Shown: positions 9,098-20,356, counted from the first letter of the stretch. The stretch: DNA of 64,000 nt from Candidatus Enterousia sp. (GCA_045648925.1 JAZROY010000009.1:1062-65061), one strand, 5' to 3'. Numbers and translations are program-made. Notes: a model not told the origin generated them from the sequence alone.

Positions 9098-12000
9098 TTT
9101 GAACCACTAACTCCAACAATTTTTCAAGTTGTTCGTCCGATATGTTGCTATTATCTGCCAAAAGCTTTTTTACCATTCTGCGTTTCATTGGGTTGCCCCG
9201 CCAATCCGCTGGTGCTTTACTTTTTATAGCATCATAAACATTCAACGCCAAGGCAACATCTTCATCAAAGAAATCATACAATGCTTTTTTCCCATTGGTG
9301 TCAATGCCATCTATTTTATCGTTAATCGGGTTTATAACTTTCTGTGCCAAATCAGATATTTGATTCAAATAATCACGATACGCTATGTCATTTTGTTTTC
9401 TTTTCTTTACCAATTCGGTCAACAGCACTGACATCTTTTCGTAATATTTTGGATTTGTCTGTTGTTTATCGCTGATGATTCTGCGTATATTATTTTCAAT
9501 TACAGAAGATGTCGACGACCTGGCGTTTTTCTGCGACGCATCCTTTTGTGCCTGTGTAATAAAATTCAGCAAACCATTATTATTAAAATTACTCAACACT
9601 TCGCTGTCTTTTGCTAACACATACTGGTCAAACAGATTTCGCATATCTTTATCGTATTTCTTCAAATCAATATAATCACCACTGGCCATCTTAATTTCCT
9701 GACTAATGGTTTTGTAGTGTTTTACCTTTTCTTTAATTTCTTCCGCTGCTTTCTTTGAATAACCTGCCGCATGCATTTCCCCTGCCAACGCTTCGTATTT
9801 GCGTCCCAGCGATGCCACCAGCTTATATAAGTTCTGCCGTTTATGCTCGTTTTCTCTCAAAGAATGAACATTTTCGGTATCCCCGCAGAAGTAGTAGATG
9901 TATTCAGGCAAATCTCTTGGTGCTGGAACAGGTTCGCAAAGTGCTTCCACTGCTTGTAATGCAGTTTCCAAATCTTCTTTACCTTGCTCTACTTTATCTT
10001 TTAACAAACCAACAACGTCATCGGCATCAAAGCCACCGAATGCATCGCCAGTATAATCACTAACTGATTTCTGCAGTTTCTTAAACAAATCACGATAATC
10101 AACGATATAGCCGTAATCCTTGTTCAAGACCGCACCTTCTTCAGAATCATTCTCGTCTTTATCATCTAACCTATTAACACGACATACCGCCTGAAACAAC
10201 CCATGGTCTTGCATATTTTTATCAATATACAAGTATGTGGCACTGGGTGCATCAAATCCAGTCAATAACTTATCCACAACTATCAGCAGTTGCATTTGCC
10301 CTGGGTATTTCTTGAATATCTTTTTAGTTTCCTTTTCAAAATCTTCGGCTGACTTACCGTTCAGCATTTGCTGATATATCTGATATTCTTGCGAAGTAGT
10401 ATCCAATGCATTGGGTTCATACGATGTAACAACCGCACACTTTGTCAGATAACCCCTGTCTTGGAATATTTTGTAATACTGACACGCCTCAAAAATACTG
10501 CTTGCAACCAACATGGCATTACCACGACCAGATTTCAATCTTGGTTTTGTTTCAAAGTCGGTTTCAATATCAATTACAATCTTTTCCATTCTGGTCTTAG
10601 AAGACATCAGGTTCTGCATTGTTCCCCATCTTTTCTTCAATTCCATTTTGGCAGTATCGGTCAATGTGGCTGTTTTACGGTCAAACCATTCATCAATTTT
10701 CTCTTGTGATGAAATATCTTGTTCAACGGCTCTTGCTTCATACCGCAAATCCAATACAACACCATCTCTAACCGCTTGGTCATACTTATAGGTGTGAATT
10801 GGTGTCCCCCAAACCTTAAAACTGTTCTTCTTATCAATTTTCAGTAACGGTGTGCCAGTAAATCCGATAAATACTGCTGAATCACCCAGCAGTTCATTCA
10901 TCGCATCGTGCAATTTACCACTGTGCGAACGGTGGCATTCATCCACAAATACATATATCTTGCCTTTTGGCGAAAAATTAGTTGGCAGGTTTTTGCGAAG
11001 TTCGCTGATATCAATATCATATGTTGGTTCACCACTGGTATTCGTTACACGACCAAATTTATGCACCAACGAACATAACAATCTTTTGTCTTTCGTATTC
11101 AATTCCGCAAACAACTGTCTGCTGTTCGGTGCTCTCCAGATTTCTTCATCAACCCCATTGAATACCAGTTCAATTTGTTCATCCAGTTCAGTTCGGTCTG
11201 TGATAATCAAAATCCTAGCATCATGATTGTGCTCCAATATCCACTTTGATAGCCACACCATTGTCAGCGATTTACCAGACCCCTGTGTGTGCCAAATTAT
11301 TCCACCCTTATCTTCTTGTATTCTCTGCTGTGCCGCCTTTACACCGAAATATTGATTGTGGCGACAAGTTTTCTTCACGCCTGCATCAAACACAATAAAT
11401 TCATGAATAATTTCTATTATGCGGTCTTTGTTGCATAATTCGGTTATCTGACGGTCAAGCTTGCATTTGGCAACCATATCAGACGGATTTTCCTCTCTCC
11501 ATTCCAACCAATATTTTTCTGGGGTTTCTGTGGTCGCATATCGCAACCCTTCGGTATCATTACCAGCCATCAACAACTGCATTGTTGTAAAGAATGGTTG
11601 AATATATTCTGGTCTTTGATTACCAATATTTTGTTGAATTCCTTCTGATACAGATACAACACTTCGTTTCAATTCAATGATACCAACAGCAATACCGTTG
11701 ATATACAGAACGATGTCTGGTCTTTTTTCTGCTTGGCCATATACAGTAACTTCTTCGGCGATTGCAAAATTATTTTTTGTTGGTTCATCCCAATCAATCA
11801 GATAAACGGTTTTTTCTTTGCTGTCGGCAGATTCTTTTACCTTTACGCCATAACGAAGCATGGAATAAACCGCCTTGTTCTTTTCAAAGAAATTATCACC
11901 GTGTGCGATGGCACTGTTCTTTACGAATTCTTTTATTGCCTTTTGAATCAGTGTATCGGAATATTTTCCTTTCAGGTACTGTTCCAGCAATTCCGTTTCA

Positions 12001-12122
12001 ATGTTGCTGTTGTTTTCCCTGTCCTGCCAATTTCCCAGATAGTCATATTTCAGCACATTATGAAATAATTCAACCACACGGTTCTGGGTTTTTCTTTCTA
12101 ATTGACCAACTTCTATAGACAT
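9084..12122 (-). CDS. hsdR: Type I restriction endonuclease subunit R
   Basis: RPDIVLYING..IIELK nuclease motif, HTQGSGKS, VDECHRS, FTGTP, LLTGFD, QAVCRVNR. Confidence 0.95.
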   Translation of the reverse strand: MSIEVGQLERKTQNRVVELFHNVLKYDYLGNWQDRENNSNIETELLEQYLKGKYSDTLIQKAIKEFVKNSAIAHGDNFFEKNKAVYSMLRYGVKVKESADSKEKTVYLIDWDEPTKNNFAIAEEVTVYGQAEKRPDIVLYINGIAVGIIELKRSVVSVSEGIQQNIGNQRPEYIQPFFTTMQLLMAGNDTEGLRYATTETPEKYWLEWREENPSDMVAKCKLDRQITELCNKDRIIEIIHEFIVFDAGVKKTCRHNQYFGVKAAQQRIQEDKGGIIWHTQGSGKSLTMVWLSKWILEHNHDARILIITDRTELDEQIELVFNGVDEEIWRAPNSRQLFAELNTKDKRLLCSLVHKFGRVTNTSGEPTYDIDISELRKNLPTNFSPKGKIYVFVDECHRSHSGKLHDAMNELLGDSAVFIGFTGTPLLKIDKKNSFKVWGTPIHTYKYDQAVRDGVVLDLRYEARAVEQDISSQEKIDEWFDRKTATLTDTAKMELKKRWGTMQNLMSSKTRMEKIVIDIETDFETKPRLKSGRGNAMLVASSIFEACQYYKIFQDRGYLTKCAVVTSYEPNALDTTSQEYQIYQQMLNGKSAEDFEKETKKIFKKYPGQMQLLIVVDKLLTGFDAPSATYLYIDKNMQDHGLFQAVCRVNRLDDKDENDSEEGAVLNKDYGYIVDYRDLFKKLQKSVSDYTGDAFGGFDADDVVGLLKDKVEQGKEDLETALQAVEALCEPVPAPRDLPEYIYYFCGDTENVHSLRENEHKRQNLYKLVASLGRKYEALAGEMHAAGYSKKAAEEIKEKVKHYKTISQEIKMASGDYIDLKKYDKDMRNLFDQYVLAKDSEVLSNFNNNGLLNFITQAQKDASQKNARSSTSSVIENNIRRIISDKQQTNPKYYEKMSVLLTELVKKRKQNDIAYRDYLNQISDLAQKVINPINDKIDGIDTNGKKALYDFFDEDVALALNVYDAIKSKAPADWRGNPMKRRMVKKLLADNSNISDEQLEKLLELVVQNGEF

Positions 12123-12125
12123 TTT

Positions 12126-13313
12126 TTACTCCTGTGGCTTTACCAAGCGAATTCTGCCAGATAACAATTCGCCTGCAACACCCGATTTAATCTGTTTATA
12201 TTTGTTTATTTTATCATTTATTGCAGAAATTTCATCATCCATATCCGCAAGAATATCTGTAATAGCTTTTTGTTCTGTAAAATCATCTGGTAATAATAAA
12301 GAAAATTTATTTAATGCTTTCTGCTGAATGTTCGGCAATCCAGAACCAACGCGTAAAGTCATTAGTTTGTTTTCATTATATTTTAATAATTGATATAAAA
12401 AACTTTTGTTTACACAACCACGACAAATTAACGTATAACAGTGCCCACCAGCCCAAAATTTTGTTTTTATAAAATTAACAAAACCACACGAATTTCCTCC
12501 TTCGCTTATTATTATAGTATCCGCAACATTGTTATATTCATTTGTAAAACCAGATTCCGTCATCCCCCCATTATAAACGGGATACCCAGCTTCTACCATA
12601 TTTAACCTGTTTAATTGGGTTCCTTTGGTTATGTCTGCAACCTCACCTAATTTTACCTTTTTCCAAGGTTTATTAAAACCTGGCATACGACGCTTACCAG
12701 TTAACAATTCCTGCATAACACCTGTTTTAATGGCGATTTTCTTGTCCCTGACACGTTCCAGTTCCGCAATCAAATCATCAACACCCGTCAAAACATCCGC
12801 TATTTTCTGCTGTTCTGGAATAGTAGAGGGGACAGGAACAATAAAGTTTTTTATATCACCATTTGTAATTTGATTTATAGTTGCTCCCAATGTGATTTTT
12901 ATTTGTTCCTGTATATAAAAGGATTGCCATAAAAACAACAGGAATTCTGGAGAACATTTATTTGCTCTTAAAACCGTCATAAATGCACCAAAAGCCATTC
13001 CATTTCCAACGACTTTTGCAGATTTTCCTATTAATCTGGCACTGCCATTTCTAACACAAACTAATACATCACCATCGTGTGCCATTGCCCGATTAGGAAT
13101 TTCCATTTTTACAAAAACATTATCATAAAAAGACAGACGTCCTTGATTTATGTTGGATGAGCGTAAAACCAAAGTTCCAGATTCAGAAACAGATTTAGGG
13201 CTATATGTTAACCCAGTATAATTATCACAAATATCTGATAAATTCGCAACACTCCAATCGCTGGGAATTTTTCCAATATCAGTATTTTTCCAAGATGTTG
13301 TTCTGTATGCCAC
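12126..13313 (-). CDS. hsdS: Type I restriction-modification specificity subunit S
   Basis: Two TRDs with conserved P...EQQKIADVL and EQKAITDIL...ELLSGRIRL repeats. Confidence 0.93.
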   Translation of the reverse strand: MAYRTTSWKNTDIGKIPSDWSVANLSDICDNYTGLTYSPKSVSESGTLVLRSSNINQGRLSFYDNVFVKMEIPNRAMAHDGDVLVCVRNGSARLIGKSAKVVGNGMAFGAFMTVLRANKCSPEFLLFLWQSFYIQEQIKITLGATINQITNGDIKNFIVPVPSTIPEQQKIADVLTGVDDLIAELERVRDKKIAIKTGVMQELLTGKRRMPGFNKPWKKVKLGEVADITKGTQLNRLNMVEAGYPVYNGGMTESGFTNEYNNVADTIIISEGGNSCGFVNFIKTKFWAGGHCYTLICRGCVNKSFLYQLLKYNENKLMTLRVGSGLPNIQQKALNKFSLLLPDDFTEQKAITDILADMDDEISAINDKINKYKQIKSGVAGELLSGRIRLVKPQE

Positions 13314-13315
13314 GT

Positions 13316-15781
13316 TTAAAATCCCATATCTTTCAAGTGTTGCTTCACTTTTTGTTCCAAATCATTGGCCTTTGATTCTATTTCTGACAGTGTTTCAGAA
13401 TATCTGTCTGCCAATTGTTGAACCGAACTGGTCAAATTGGTTTTCTGTTTTTCAATCAAATCGTCCAGGTTGAATTCAAGTGTTGCAGACCATTTAACAT
13501 CCACAACCAAATGTTTAATTTCATCCACCGTCAAATTGACATATTTTTCCATGATTTGTTTTTCAAGCGATGCTTCTATTTTTTTGATAGAATCTTTAAC
13601 TTGCTTTTCTTGGTCTAACAAATTTGAATATCTTGTTAAACACATCTTTTCTTCTTCATCAATCTTTTCTTTTAACCGTTCCTTTAACCTTTTGTTATCA
13701 ACAGTAATTTTAATCTCTTTATCATCTTTCGACGACTCGTCATCATCATCTGTTTGTTTCTTTTTTATCACTTCTGTTAACAAACCATTGTCGCCAGATT
13801 CTTCCTCTATCATCGATATTTTCTCTGATTGAATTTCAGATAATTTTTCCTTGAAACCAATCAATTTTTGATTATCGTCATCGAAATATTCTGTTATTAC
13901 CAGTTCTGTTGGTATCAATGCCCCTTCAAGCCCATACAGTCCATCGACATCTTTTGTGACAACGCTTTTATCTTTCTTTTTGGTTTCTTTCTGCAAACGA
14001 ACCAATGAACGCCCTGCATCTTGCCAACCATATGATTTAATCAAATAACAATCATCGGCCATCGTTTCATTCCAATAGTTCCGCAATATCCCATAAATAT
14101 CATATTTTTCTACCAGTGCCGATTTATCAAACTTTGCCAACACACTTGACCCCAGTTCTTGAATCAAATCCTTTGGGTTATCATCGTTGCACAAACCCTT
14201 TAGTTTACTGTCAACTGACAAAATCCAATTGTTGAACATATCATGTATATTCTGGCGGAAATTCGTGAATTCGCTGTTGTTTGCGATTGTTTCAGCGATA
14301 TCATTAGTTTTCATCTTTGAAAAACCAGCCCTGTCACCACTAAATAAATCAGACTTCAATGTTGGACACACCGACCAATACTGGTTTAATTCATTAATAT
14401 CGGCGTCAGATATTCCACCATTAAGATGTGCATCTATGTTCTGGATAATCTCATCGCTTTGTTTCGCAATGTATCTTGGGATATTCAGGTTGAACCCATT
14501 AGCGGCAATTTCATCATCGCTGACGAACCGCGAATAATGTGGAATTTCAATTTGGTTCAAGAAAGTATCAGTGATTTTACGAATATCTTGTTCCCGCAAT
14601 CTGTTCTTCGCCCCATCTTTGATATAATCTTTTGACGCATCAATAAAGAATATACCTTTGTGATTTTCCATATTTGGCTTATCTAATACGATAATGCATG
14701 CTGGAATACCTGTGCCATAGAATAGATTAGACGGTAAACCGATAATTCCTTTGATGAAACGAATGATATTTTTCCTAATGGTTTCTTCCGCTCCACCTCT
14801 AAATAACACACCATGTGGTAAAATAACAGCACCACGACCTTTACCAGGTTTTAAGGATTTCAATATGTGCAACAAGAAAGCATAATCGCCATTCTTTTCT
14901 GGTGGAATTCCGAAACCGTCGAACCGTTCATATTGGTCGTCTGAAGGATTAAAACCATCGGTCCATGTCTTATACGAAAAAGGTGGATTAGCAACGACAT
15001 AATCAAAGGTCTTTAAACTGCCATTCTGTTCCGCAAATAATGGAACTGCCAAAGTGCTTTGTCCACCTTTTATGTCAGCAGTTGGTCTGCCGTGCATCCA
15101 CATATTCAGAATCGCCAATGATTTAGTTGTATTATCCTTTTCCTGACCGTAAATGGTTATATTCGGTGCTTCATCTGAAATCTTTAACAACAGTGACCCA
15201 CTGCCACAAGTCGGGTCATATACGGTATCCTGCGGTGATGTTGATTCATTCGCTTTGATAACCTTTGCCATTATTCTGGACACTTCTGCTGGTGTATAAA
15301 AACTGCCTTTACTTTTACCAGATTCAACAGCAAAATTGCCAATAAGATATTCGTATGCATCGCCAAGTAAATCATCACCACTGGCATTATTATTAGAAAA
15401 ATCAAGTTCCGGGTTTTCAAATATAGCAATCAAATTGGTCAAACGGTCAACCATTTCCTTGCCTTTACCCAATTTATCTTCATCATTAAAACTTACTCTA
15501 TCAATAACGCCATTCAAAGCATTTTCCGTGGCCAACTTTGACAACACAATGTCAATACCTTCACCTATATTTGGCTTGCCTTTTAATGCCACCAAATCTT
15601 TGAAACTGCCCCCCTGTGGAATCTGAACAATGTCATCTTTACCATCATATTTGTCTGTCAAATACCGAACAAAAAGCAAAACAAGAATATAATCTTTATA
15701 TTCGCTTGCATCCATACCCCCACGGAGAGCATTACACGCTTCCCACAAATGCTTATATAATTGTGATTTCTTTATAGCCAT
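13316..15781 (-). CDS. hsdM: Type I restriction-modification methyltransferase subunit M
   Basis: YDPTCGSGSLL motif I, VANPPF motif IV, LPHGVLFRG. Confidence 0.95.
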   Translation of the reverse strand: MAIKKSQLYKHLWEACNALRGGMDASEYKDYILVLLFVRYLTDKYDGKDDIVQIPQGGSFKDLVALKGKPNIGEGIDIVLSKLATENALNGVIDRVSFNDEDKLGKGKEMVDRLTNLIAIFENPELDFSNNNASGDDLLGDAYEYLIGNFAVESGKSKGSFYTPAEVSRIMAKVIKANESTSPQDTVYDPTCGSGSLLLKISDEAPNITIYGQEKDNTTKSLAILNMWMHGRPTADIKGGQSTLAVPLFAEQNGSLKTFDYVVANPPFSYKTWTDGFNPSDDQYERFDGFGIPPEKNGDYAFLLHILKSLKPGKGRGAVILPHGVLFRGGAEETIRKNIIRFIKGIIGLPSNLFYGTGIPACIIVLDKPNMENHKGIFFIDASKDYIKDGAKNRLREQDIRKITDTFLNQIEIPHYSRFVSDDEIAANGFNLNIPRYIAKQSDEIIQNIDAHLNGGISDADINELNQYWSVCPTLKSDLFSGDRAGFSKMKTNDIAETIANNSEFTNFRQNIHDMFNNWILSVDSKLKGLCNDDNPKDLIQELGSSVLAKFDKSALVEKYDIYGILRNYWNETMADDCYLIKSYGWQDAGRSLVRLQKETKKKDKSVVTKDVDGLYGLEGALIPTELVITEYFDDDNQKLIGFKEKLSEIQSEKISMIEEESGDNGLLTEVIKKKQTDDDDESSKDDKEIKITVDNKRLKERLKEKIDEEEKMCLTRYSNLLDQEKQVKDSIKKIEASLEKQIMEKYVNLTVDEIKHLVVDVKWSATLEFNLDDLIEKQKTNLTSSVQQLADRYSETLSEIESKANDLEQKVKQHLKDMGF

Positions 15782-15887
15782 TTTATTACCTTTGACTTAA
15801 ATTATACCAGATTATAGTCATATTTGTAATTTTTTGGAAGTAAAAAACATACCGCCAACAACCAACAATTACTTTCATATGCAAATT

Positions 15888-16367
15888 CTAGAGATACTTG
15901 CAGCATTTTAGAAATTCTTCTACCTCTTTATCTACTAATATGGGTTTAGATTGACTTGCGTCTGTTGCATAACGTCCTGACGTGTTTGCTACAATAAGCC
16001 CATTCTCTTGAAACGTCATATCATCTTCGTAAAAAATATCATTATCTTCTGGCGAAAGACCTATATAATCTTGTATCTCTTTATCATCTTCCCAACCCGT
16101 TGGGGCCATCATCATTTTATCTAATTGTCTTTCTTCTTCAAAAATCGTGTTTTCATACCAATCATCATAATATGCTTTTTCAGTATAAATATCATCGTTT
16201 TTAGATATGGGACAATGTACAATTGGTTTTTCGAAGTCACGGTAAGCACTAATTACATCTTTTGAACCACACCTGGAACATACAAAATTGTTAATATCTT
16301 TATTAAAGTCTGTTTTTATGTTTCCTGTGTGATTACACGCTAAACATTTACAATAAAAAATACCCAT
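15888..16367 (-). CDS. Hypothetical zinc-ribbon protein with acidic C-terminus
   Basis: CLAC...CSRC motifs. Confidence 0.6.
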   Translation of the reverse strand: MGIFYCKCLACNHTGNIKTDFNKDINNFVCSRCGSKDVISAYRDFEKPIVHCPISKNDDIYTEKAYYDDWYENTIFEEERQLDKMMMAPTGWEDDKEIQDYIGLSPEDNDIFYEDDMTFQENGLIVANTSGRYATDASQSKPILVDKEVEEFLKCCKYL

Positions 16368-16382
16368 AGCCAGAACCTTTAT

Positions 16383-16946
16383 TTATCCCTTCCAAATAAT
16401 CCCTGCATCTAATGCATCTTCAAGAGCTTGTTTAAAGTTGTTTTTGGTTATTTTTAATTGTTCATTCGCCACTAACTTTTTCATTGGTGGGTATCCGGGG
16501 GTACTCATTATAGCTGCTATTTCACTGCTAAAATCACCTTTGGATACACCACTATGCGGTACTGGACCAAATAGGATTAAGCAATAATCTCTGTTGTATT
16601 GTATTCTGGACATGTTGTATTTTTTTGCTTCAGCATACGACAATACGAATTCCAAACGATTTTTATCAATTCCTAAATCTTTTGCGACCGGTATTAATAA
16701 TTCTTTTTTGACTTGGGAATCGCCAACAATCAAAATCTTACCATTTTTGTCCACTTTGTATCCATCATCTGAATGCAACAAATCACCCATGCCCCACTTT
16801 TCCAACGCTTCTTCTAATTCTCCGGCACGATTTAAATCGCACAAAATCCGGGTTAAGTCATTGTCAAATCTTTGACGCAAGGTTTCTTCCAACGCTAAAA
16901 GTTCGGCCGTATCTAATAACATATTAATCCTCATAATTATCATCAA
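16383..16946 (-). CDS. Conserved-looking hypothetical protein, overlaps upstream methylase
   Basis: 187-aa alpha/beta ORF (KILIVGDS...LILFGPVPHS); overlaps methylase stop. Confidence 0.65.
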   Translation of the reverse strand: MMIIMRINMLLDTAELLALEETLRQRFDNDLTRILCDLNRAGELEEALEKWGMGDLLHSDDGYKVDKNGKILIVGDSQVKKELLIPVAKDLGIDKNRLEFVLSYAEAKKYNMSRIQYNRDYCLILFGPVPHSGVSKGDFSSEIAAIMSTPGYPPMKKLVANEQLKITKNNFKQALEDALDAGIIWKG

Positions 16947-18834
16947 ATACAGAATTCAAACGATTTGTCGCATCCTCCAATTTCAGCTTACAGACTTTAT
17001 ACTCATCTACCCTGGATAAATATGCTTTTGCTATTCTGTTTTGTACACTTAATGGCGGAACGGGAATATCCAAATTTTCCAGTTCTTTACGACTTATGTT
17101 GATTATTGTCGCCTGATTAGACCTACTGTTCAACAACGCTTTACCTTGCTGACTTTCCAAAAATACTTTGACATAATATGGATTTATGCGATTTGTATCC
17201 AATTCAATCACATACATATTACCAGACGGGACAATCTGTTGAACCCGCCACGATTCAAATTGTGGTTTTGTAAAAACAGCTATCTTGTATGGCTGACCAC
17301 TTTTTGAAATAATCAAATCATTTTCTTTCAATATCATCTTTGAAAATGTATCCGATTGTATAGTTTTATTAGGTAAAAACACGTCTGATAAATCACCATC
17401 AATTAAACCATTTTGTATATTTGATAATGACAAACATGGCACAGGGAAAGGTGTATCCACTTTTTCTGGTGACATTTTTCCATCATTATAAGAAATTCCT
17501 CTCCTAATCGAGATGATAAAATCACCAAATTTTTTGCAATTTTTAAACTTTATGCTTGGCGTTATGTATCTATTATAGTTAAGAACATAATCATTCTCTC
17601 TTAATTCTGATAAAGAAACAGTTTTGCTATATTCTGTATCATGATTAAGTCCTTCTAATATTCTTTCCACATACCCAAGGACAGATATCATGTTGTAATC
17701 TGTTTTTTCGACCATTTTTACACTTTTATTACCGTGACTAAATACTATCATGGTTGTTGCAATATTCGTGTCTGAGAACAAGCCCCCAGGCAATGCAATA
17801 ACCGCTTCTACCAATCCTTTTTCAACAAATTCTTTGCGAATTGCCATGTCAGCAGTATTCCAAACCGAACCATTACACATTATTGCGACAGCCTTACCAT
17901 TTTTGGACAAATGATTACATATCCAATTATTGAACGCCCAATCGCTAGATTTTCCTTTAGCCTCCAAACCTTGTGGCAAATACTTCAATCCAAACGGATA
18001 ATTAGCAAATATTTTATCAAATTTATTTGTGTCACAAATTCCTTTATCATAATCATAATCCACATTGGTAAAATCTCCACCAATATTATGTACTCCCAAC
18101 AAATGTGCCCTTAACATAGCTATTTCACGTTCTCTATCAGATATTTCATAGCCATAATATTTACCACCAGAAAAAATATTTGCATATTTACTTTCTGTAT
18201 ATCTTGCTAATTTACCCTTGTCGAACATTTTTTTCATAAAATTCGCTGTCCCACAACCCAAATCCATGACCTTGTCACCATTTTGTATGTTTAATATTTT
18301 TAAGGCCACCTCCATCACCACATCCGGGGTTCTGGAACTTTCGAGCGAAAAAAATGCCGTCTCTGCAAAAAATCTTTCATCATGTTGTTTATATTTATCT
18401 ATAAACTTTGCAAACTGTTTCCATATTGCTTGGTCTAAATATTTAGTACATAAATCCGTTACAATCTTTTTTATGCCATCATCGCACGGATAAGCATACG
18501 TTTTTTCATCAGCTTCAATGAAGTCGTCACACGAATTTTTACACACTTCAAACAGACTTGGCTTTTTTGTTGAATTATCCTTTTTCATCATTTTATAGGC
18601 TATAAACAACAAATATGACACAAGAACACCAATGTATTTATACCGTTGTTTGTTTGTTTGTCGCACGTATTCTTCATACAATTCTGTTATACATGTATGT
18701 AATTCTGGCACATCCATCAACGCATCAAAATAATCAACATCAAACTTATCAGACTGATTATTTGCAGAGTTTACATTATGGTTTGTAAAATCTAAATCCT
18801 TTAGAATCGAATTTAAAAATATTTCTTTTGACAC
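16924..18834 (-). CDS. N6-adenine DNA methylase fused to a HsdS-like TRD (M-S fusion)
   Basis: MDLGCGTANF motif I, FANYPF motif IV variant, EAVIALPGGLF; C-terminal TRD ending IPVPPLSVQNRIA. Confidence 0.85.
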   Translation of the reverse strand: MSKEIFLNSILKDLDFTNHNVNSANNQSDKFDVDYFDALMDVPELHTCITELYEEYVRQTNKQRYKYIGVLVSYLLFIAYKMMKKDNSTKKPSLFEVCKNSCDDFIEADEKTYAYPCDDGIKKIVTDLCTKYLDQAIWKQFAKFIDKYKQHDERFFAETAFFSLESSRTPDVVMEVALKILNIQNGDKVMDLGCGTANFMKKMFDKGKLARYTESKYANIFSGGKYYGYEISDREREIAMLRAHLLGVHNIGGDFTNVDYDYDKGICDTNKFDKIFANYPFGLKYLPQGLEAKGKSSDWAFNNWICNHLSKNGKAVAIMCNGSVWNTADMAIRKEFVEKGLVEAVIALPGGLFSDTNIATTMIVFSHGNKSVKMVEKTDYNMISVLGYVERILEGLNHDTEYSKTVSLSELRENDYVLNYNRYITPSIKFKNCKKFGDFIISIRRGISYNDGKMSPEKVDTPFPVPCLSLSNIQNGLIDGDLSDVFLPNKTIQSDTFSKMILKENDLIISKSGQPYKIAVFTKPQFESWRVQQIVPSGNMYVIELDTNRINPYYVKVFLESQQGKALLNSRSNQATIINISRKELENLDIPVPPLSVQNRIAKAYLSRVDEYKVCKLKLEDATNRLNSVFDDNYED

Positions 18835-18981
18835 GTTTAATCCTTTTGGTTATTGATAACCAGAATATACAACATCAAAAACGATTCGTCAAGAAAAATC
18901 TTTGGTTATTTATAACCAAAAACAACAAAATGGCCTCAAATTTTCATTAGAGGCCTATTTATAACATGTTGTGTTTTATTG

Positions 18982-19440
18982 TTATTTTTTGTCTGTTTCT
19001 GTGTCTTCAAGCGGCATTAAGTCCCAGTCTTCACCATCGCAACTTGGTAGATGATTTGGCTTATCTATCGGGAACACCCTGCCACAATGTAAACATTGTA
19101 CCATACCGCGATAAAGAGTACTTTCATCAACGTCTTCAACCACAGGTTCTTCTACGGGATTAGCGTCAACCTCATCATCCTCTAACCTTTCTGATTCTAA
19201 AACAGCCCTTGTGTAAGCCAAACGTTCTTCTGGTTCATGTAATAAATCTGACCACTTATCTCTACCCAGAGCCTGTGCCAATAGATGCTGGGCCTTCATC
19301 AGTGTTGGTTGTTCATCAGCTTTTACCCCATATAACCGAAATAGTTCTCGAATATCGAAAACAAATAACCGCTGTTCACGATTTTTCCAGTCTTTATAGA
19401 GATTTTTTGCTTGTAATTTGAAATATTCAATATGTGTCAT
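18982..19440 (-). CDS. Hypothetical protein, N-terminal helical domain plus C-terminal Cys/His cluster
   Basis: FKLQAKNL...KAQHLLAQALG..W; CLHC...HLPSC; AAGGAG RBS. Confidence 0.65.
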   Translation of the reverse strand: MTHIEYFKLQAKNLYKDWKNREQRLFVFDIRELFRLYGVKADEQPTLMKAQHLLAQALGRDKWSDLLHEPEERLAYTRAVLESERLEDDEVDANPVEEPVVEDVDESTLYRGMVQCLHCGRVFPIDKPNHLPSCDGEDWDLMPLEDTETDKK

Positions 19441-19639
19441 AACATACTCCTTTAGTTTTGTTGCGGGATTATTATCTAGAAATTTGGCATCCGTAATCTG
19501 TAGTTTAGATAATAAAGCCCATTAAAGGGTTATGTTATCTTTGTTGGATGATAATATCTTCGCACGGACGAGCTAGCCTCCCAACAGGCATATTAGCAGT
19601 GTAACATAAGAACAACAAAAAATCAATACATTTTAACTC

Positions 19640-20356
19640 TTAATCTACGTATTGTTCCTGTGCCAGTTCCAGTAGCATTTTTCCGTTATCATATATTTCA
19701 TCTGAGGTCACCATATGAAGATACGAAGCAACGTACAAATCTAACAACCCCATATATACAGAGGATATTTCGCGACCTGTTGTCTTAACATATGACCTCG
19801 ATGCAGTAAAACACATATCTAAACGACCAAAACTGTCTTTTGTTACTGAATTTCTGCCTCCGGTATCTTTCGGAAAAAAGAAAAGTTTATTATATTGCAA
19901 ACACATTATACGCTTTCGCATTACTGGGGAGTATTTTGATATCTCCGTTACCCCCTTATCGAAGCCATACAACGGCAACAAAAACAATGATTGTTTGTTC
20001 AACGCGGGTACAGCATTATCATTTTCTGTTGGCTTTTCTATATTTTCATTTTCTACACTTAAAACCACACAAGGACGCATTTTTGCCTTATTTACCAACA
20101 ATTCCTCATTTATTCGTAGTCCAATATTGTACACCGGAAGTGTCGTTGCCTGTTGTCTAAAATGCTTATCATAATCCAACTTCTCTATAATGAAATTACC
20201 ACCATCATGCGTATCAATGTCAACACTGTTTCTTTCCACGCTCAACACAAATCTTGTCGAATCCATAAATAATACCGGTGTAAAAACAATACTTCCCTTT
20301 TTTATACCCGAAGTAACGGCATCATTATAAAAAGACTCCATTTCCCACCAGTTCAT
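19640..20356 (-). CDS. PemK/MazF-like toxin candidate
   Basis: KAKMRPCVVLS...LFLLPLYG matches the PemK K.RP.(V/L)VLS...VPL pattern; 4-nt overlap with upstream antitoxin. Confidence 0.6.
   Translation of the reverse strand: MNWWEMESFYNDAVTSGIKKGSIVFTPVLFMDSTRFVLSVERNSVDIDTHDGGNFIIEKLDYDKHFRQQATTLPVYNIGLRINEELLVNKAKMRPCVVLSVENENIEKPTENDNAVPALNKQSLFLLPLYGFDKGVTEISKYSPVMRKRIMCLQYNKLFFFPKDTGGRNSVTKDSFGRLDMCFTASRSYVKTTGREISSVYMGLLDLYVASYLHMVTSDEIYDNGKMLLELAQEQYVD

Noticed and set aside
12126-13313. Phase-variable hsdS inversion locus
   Set aside because: Only one hsdS, and no flanking inverted repeats or invertase were seen
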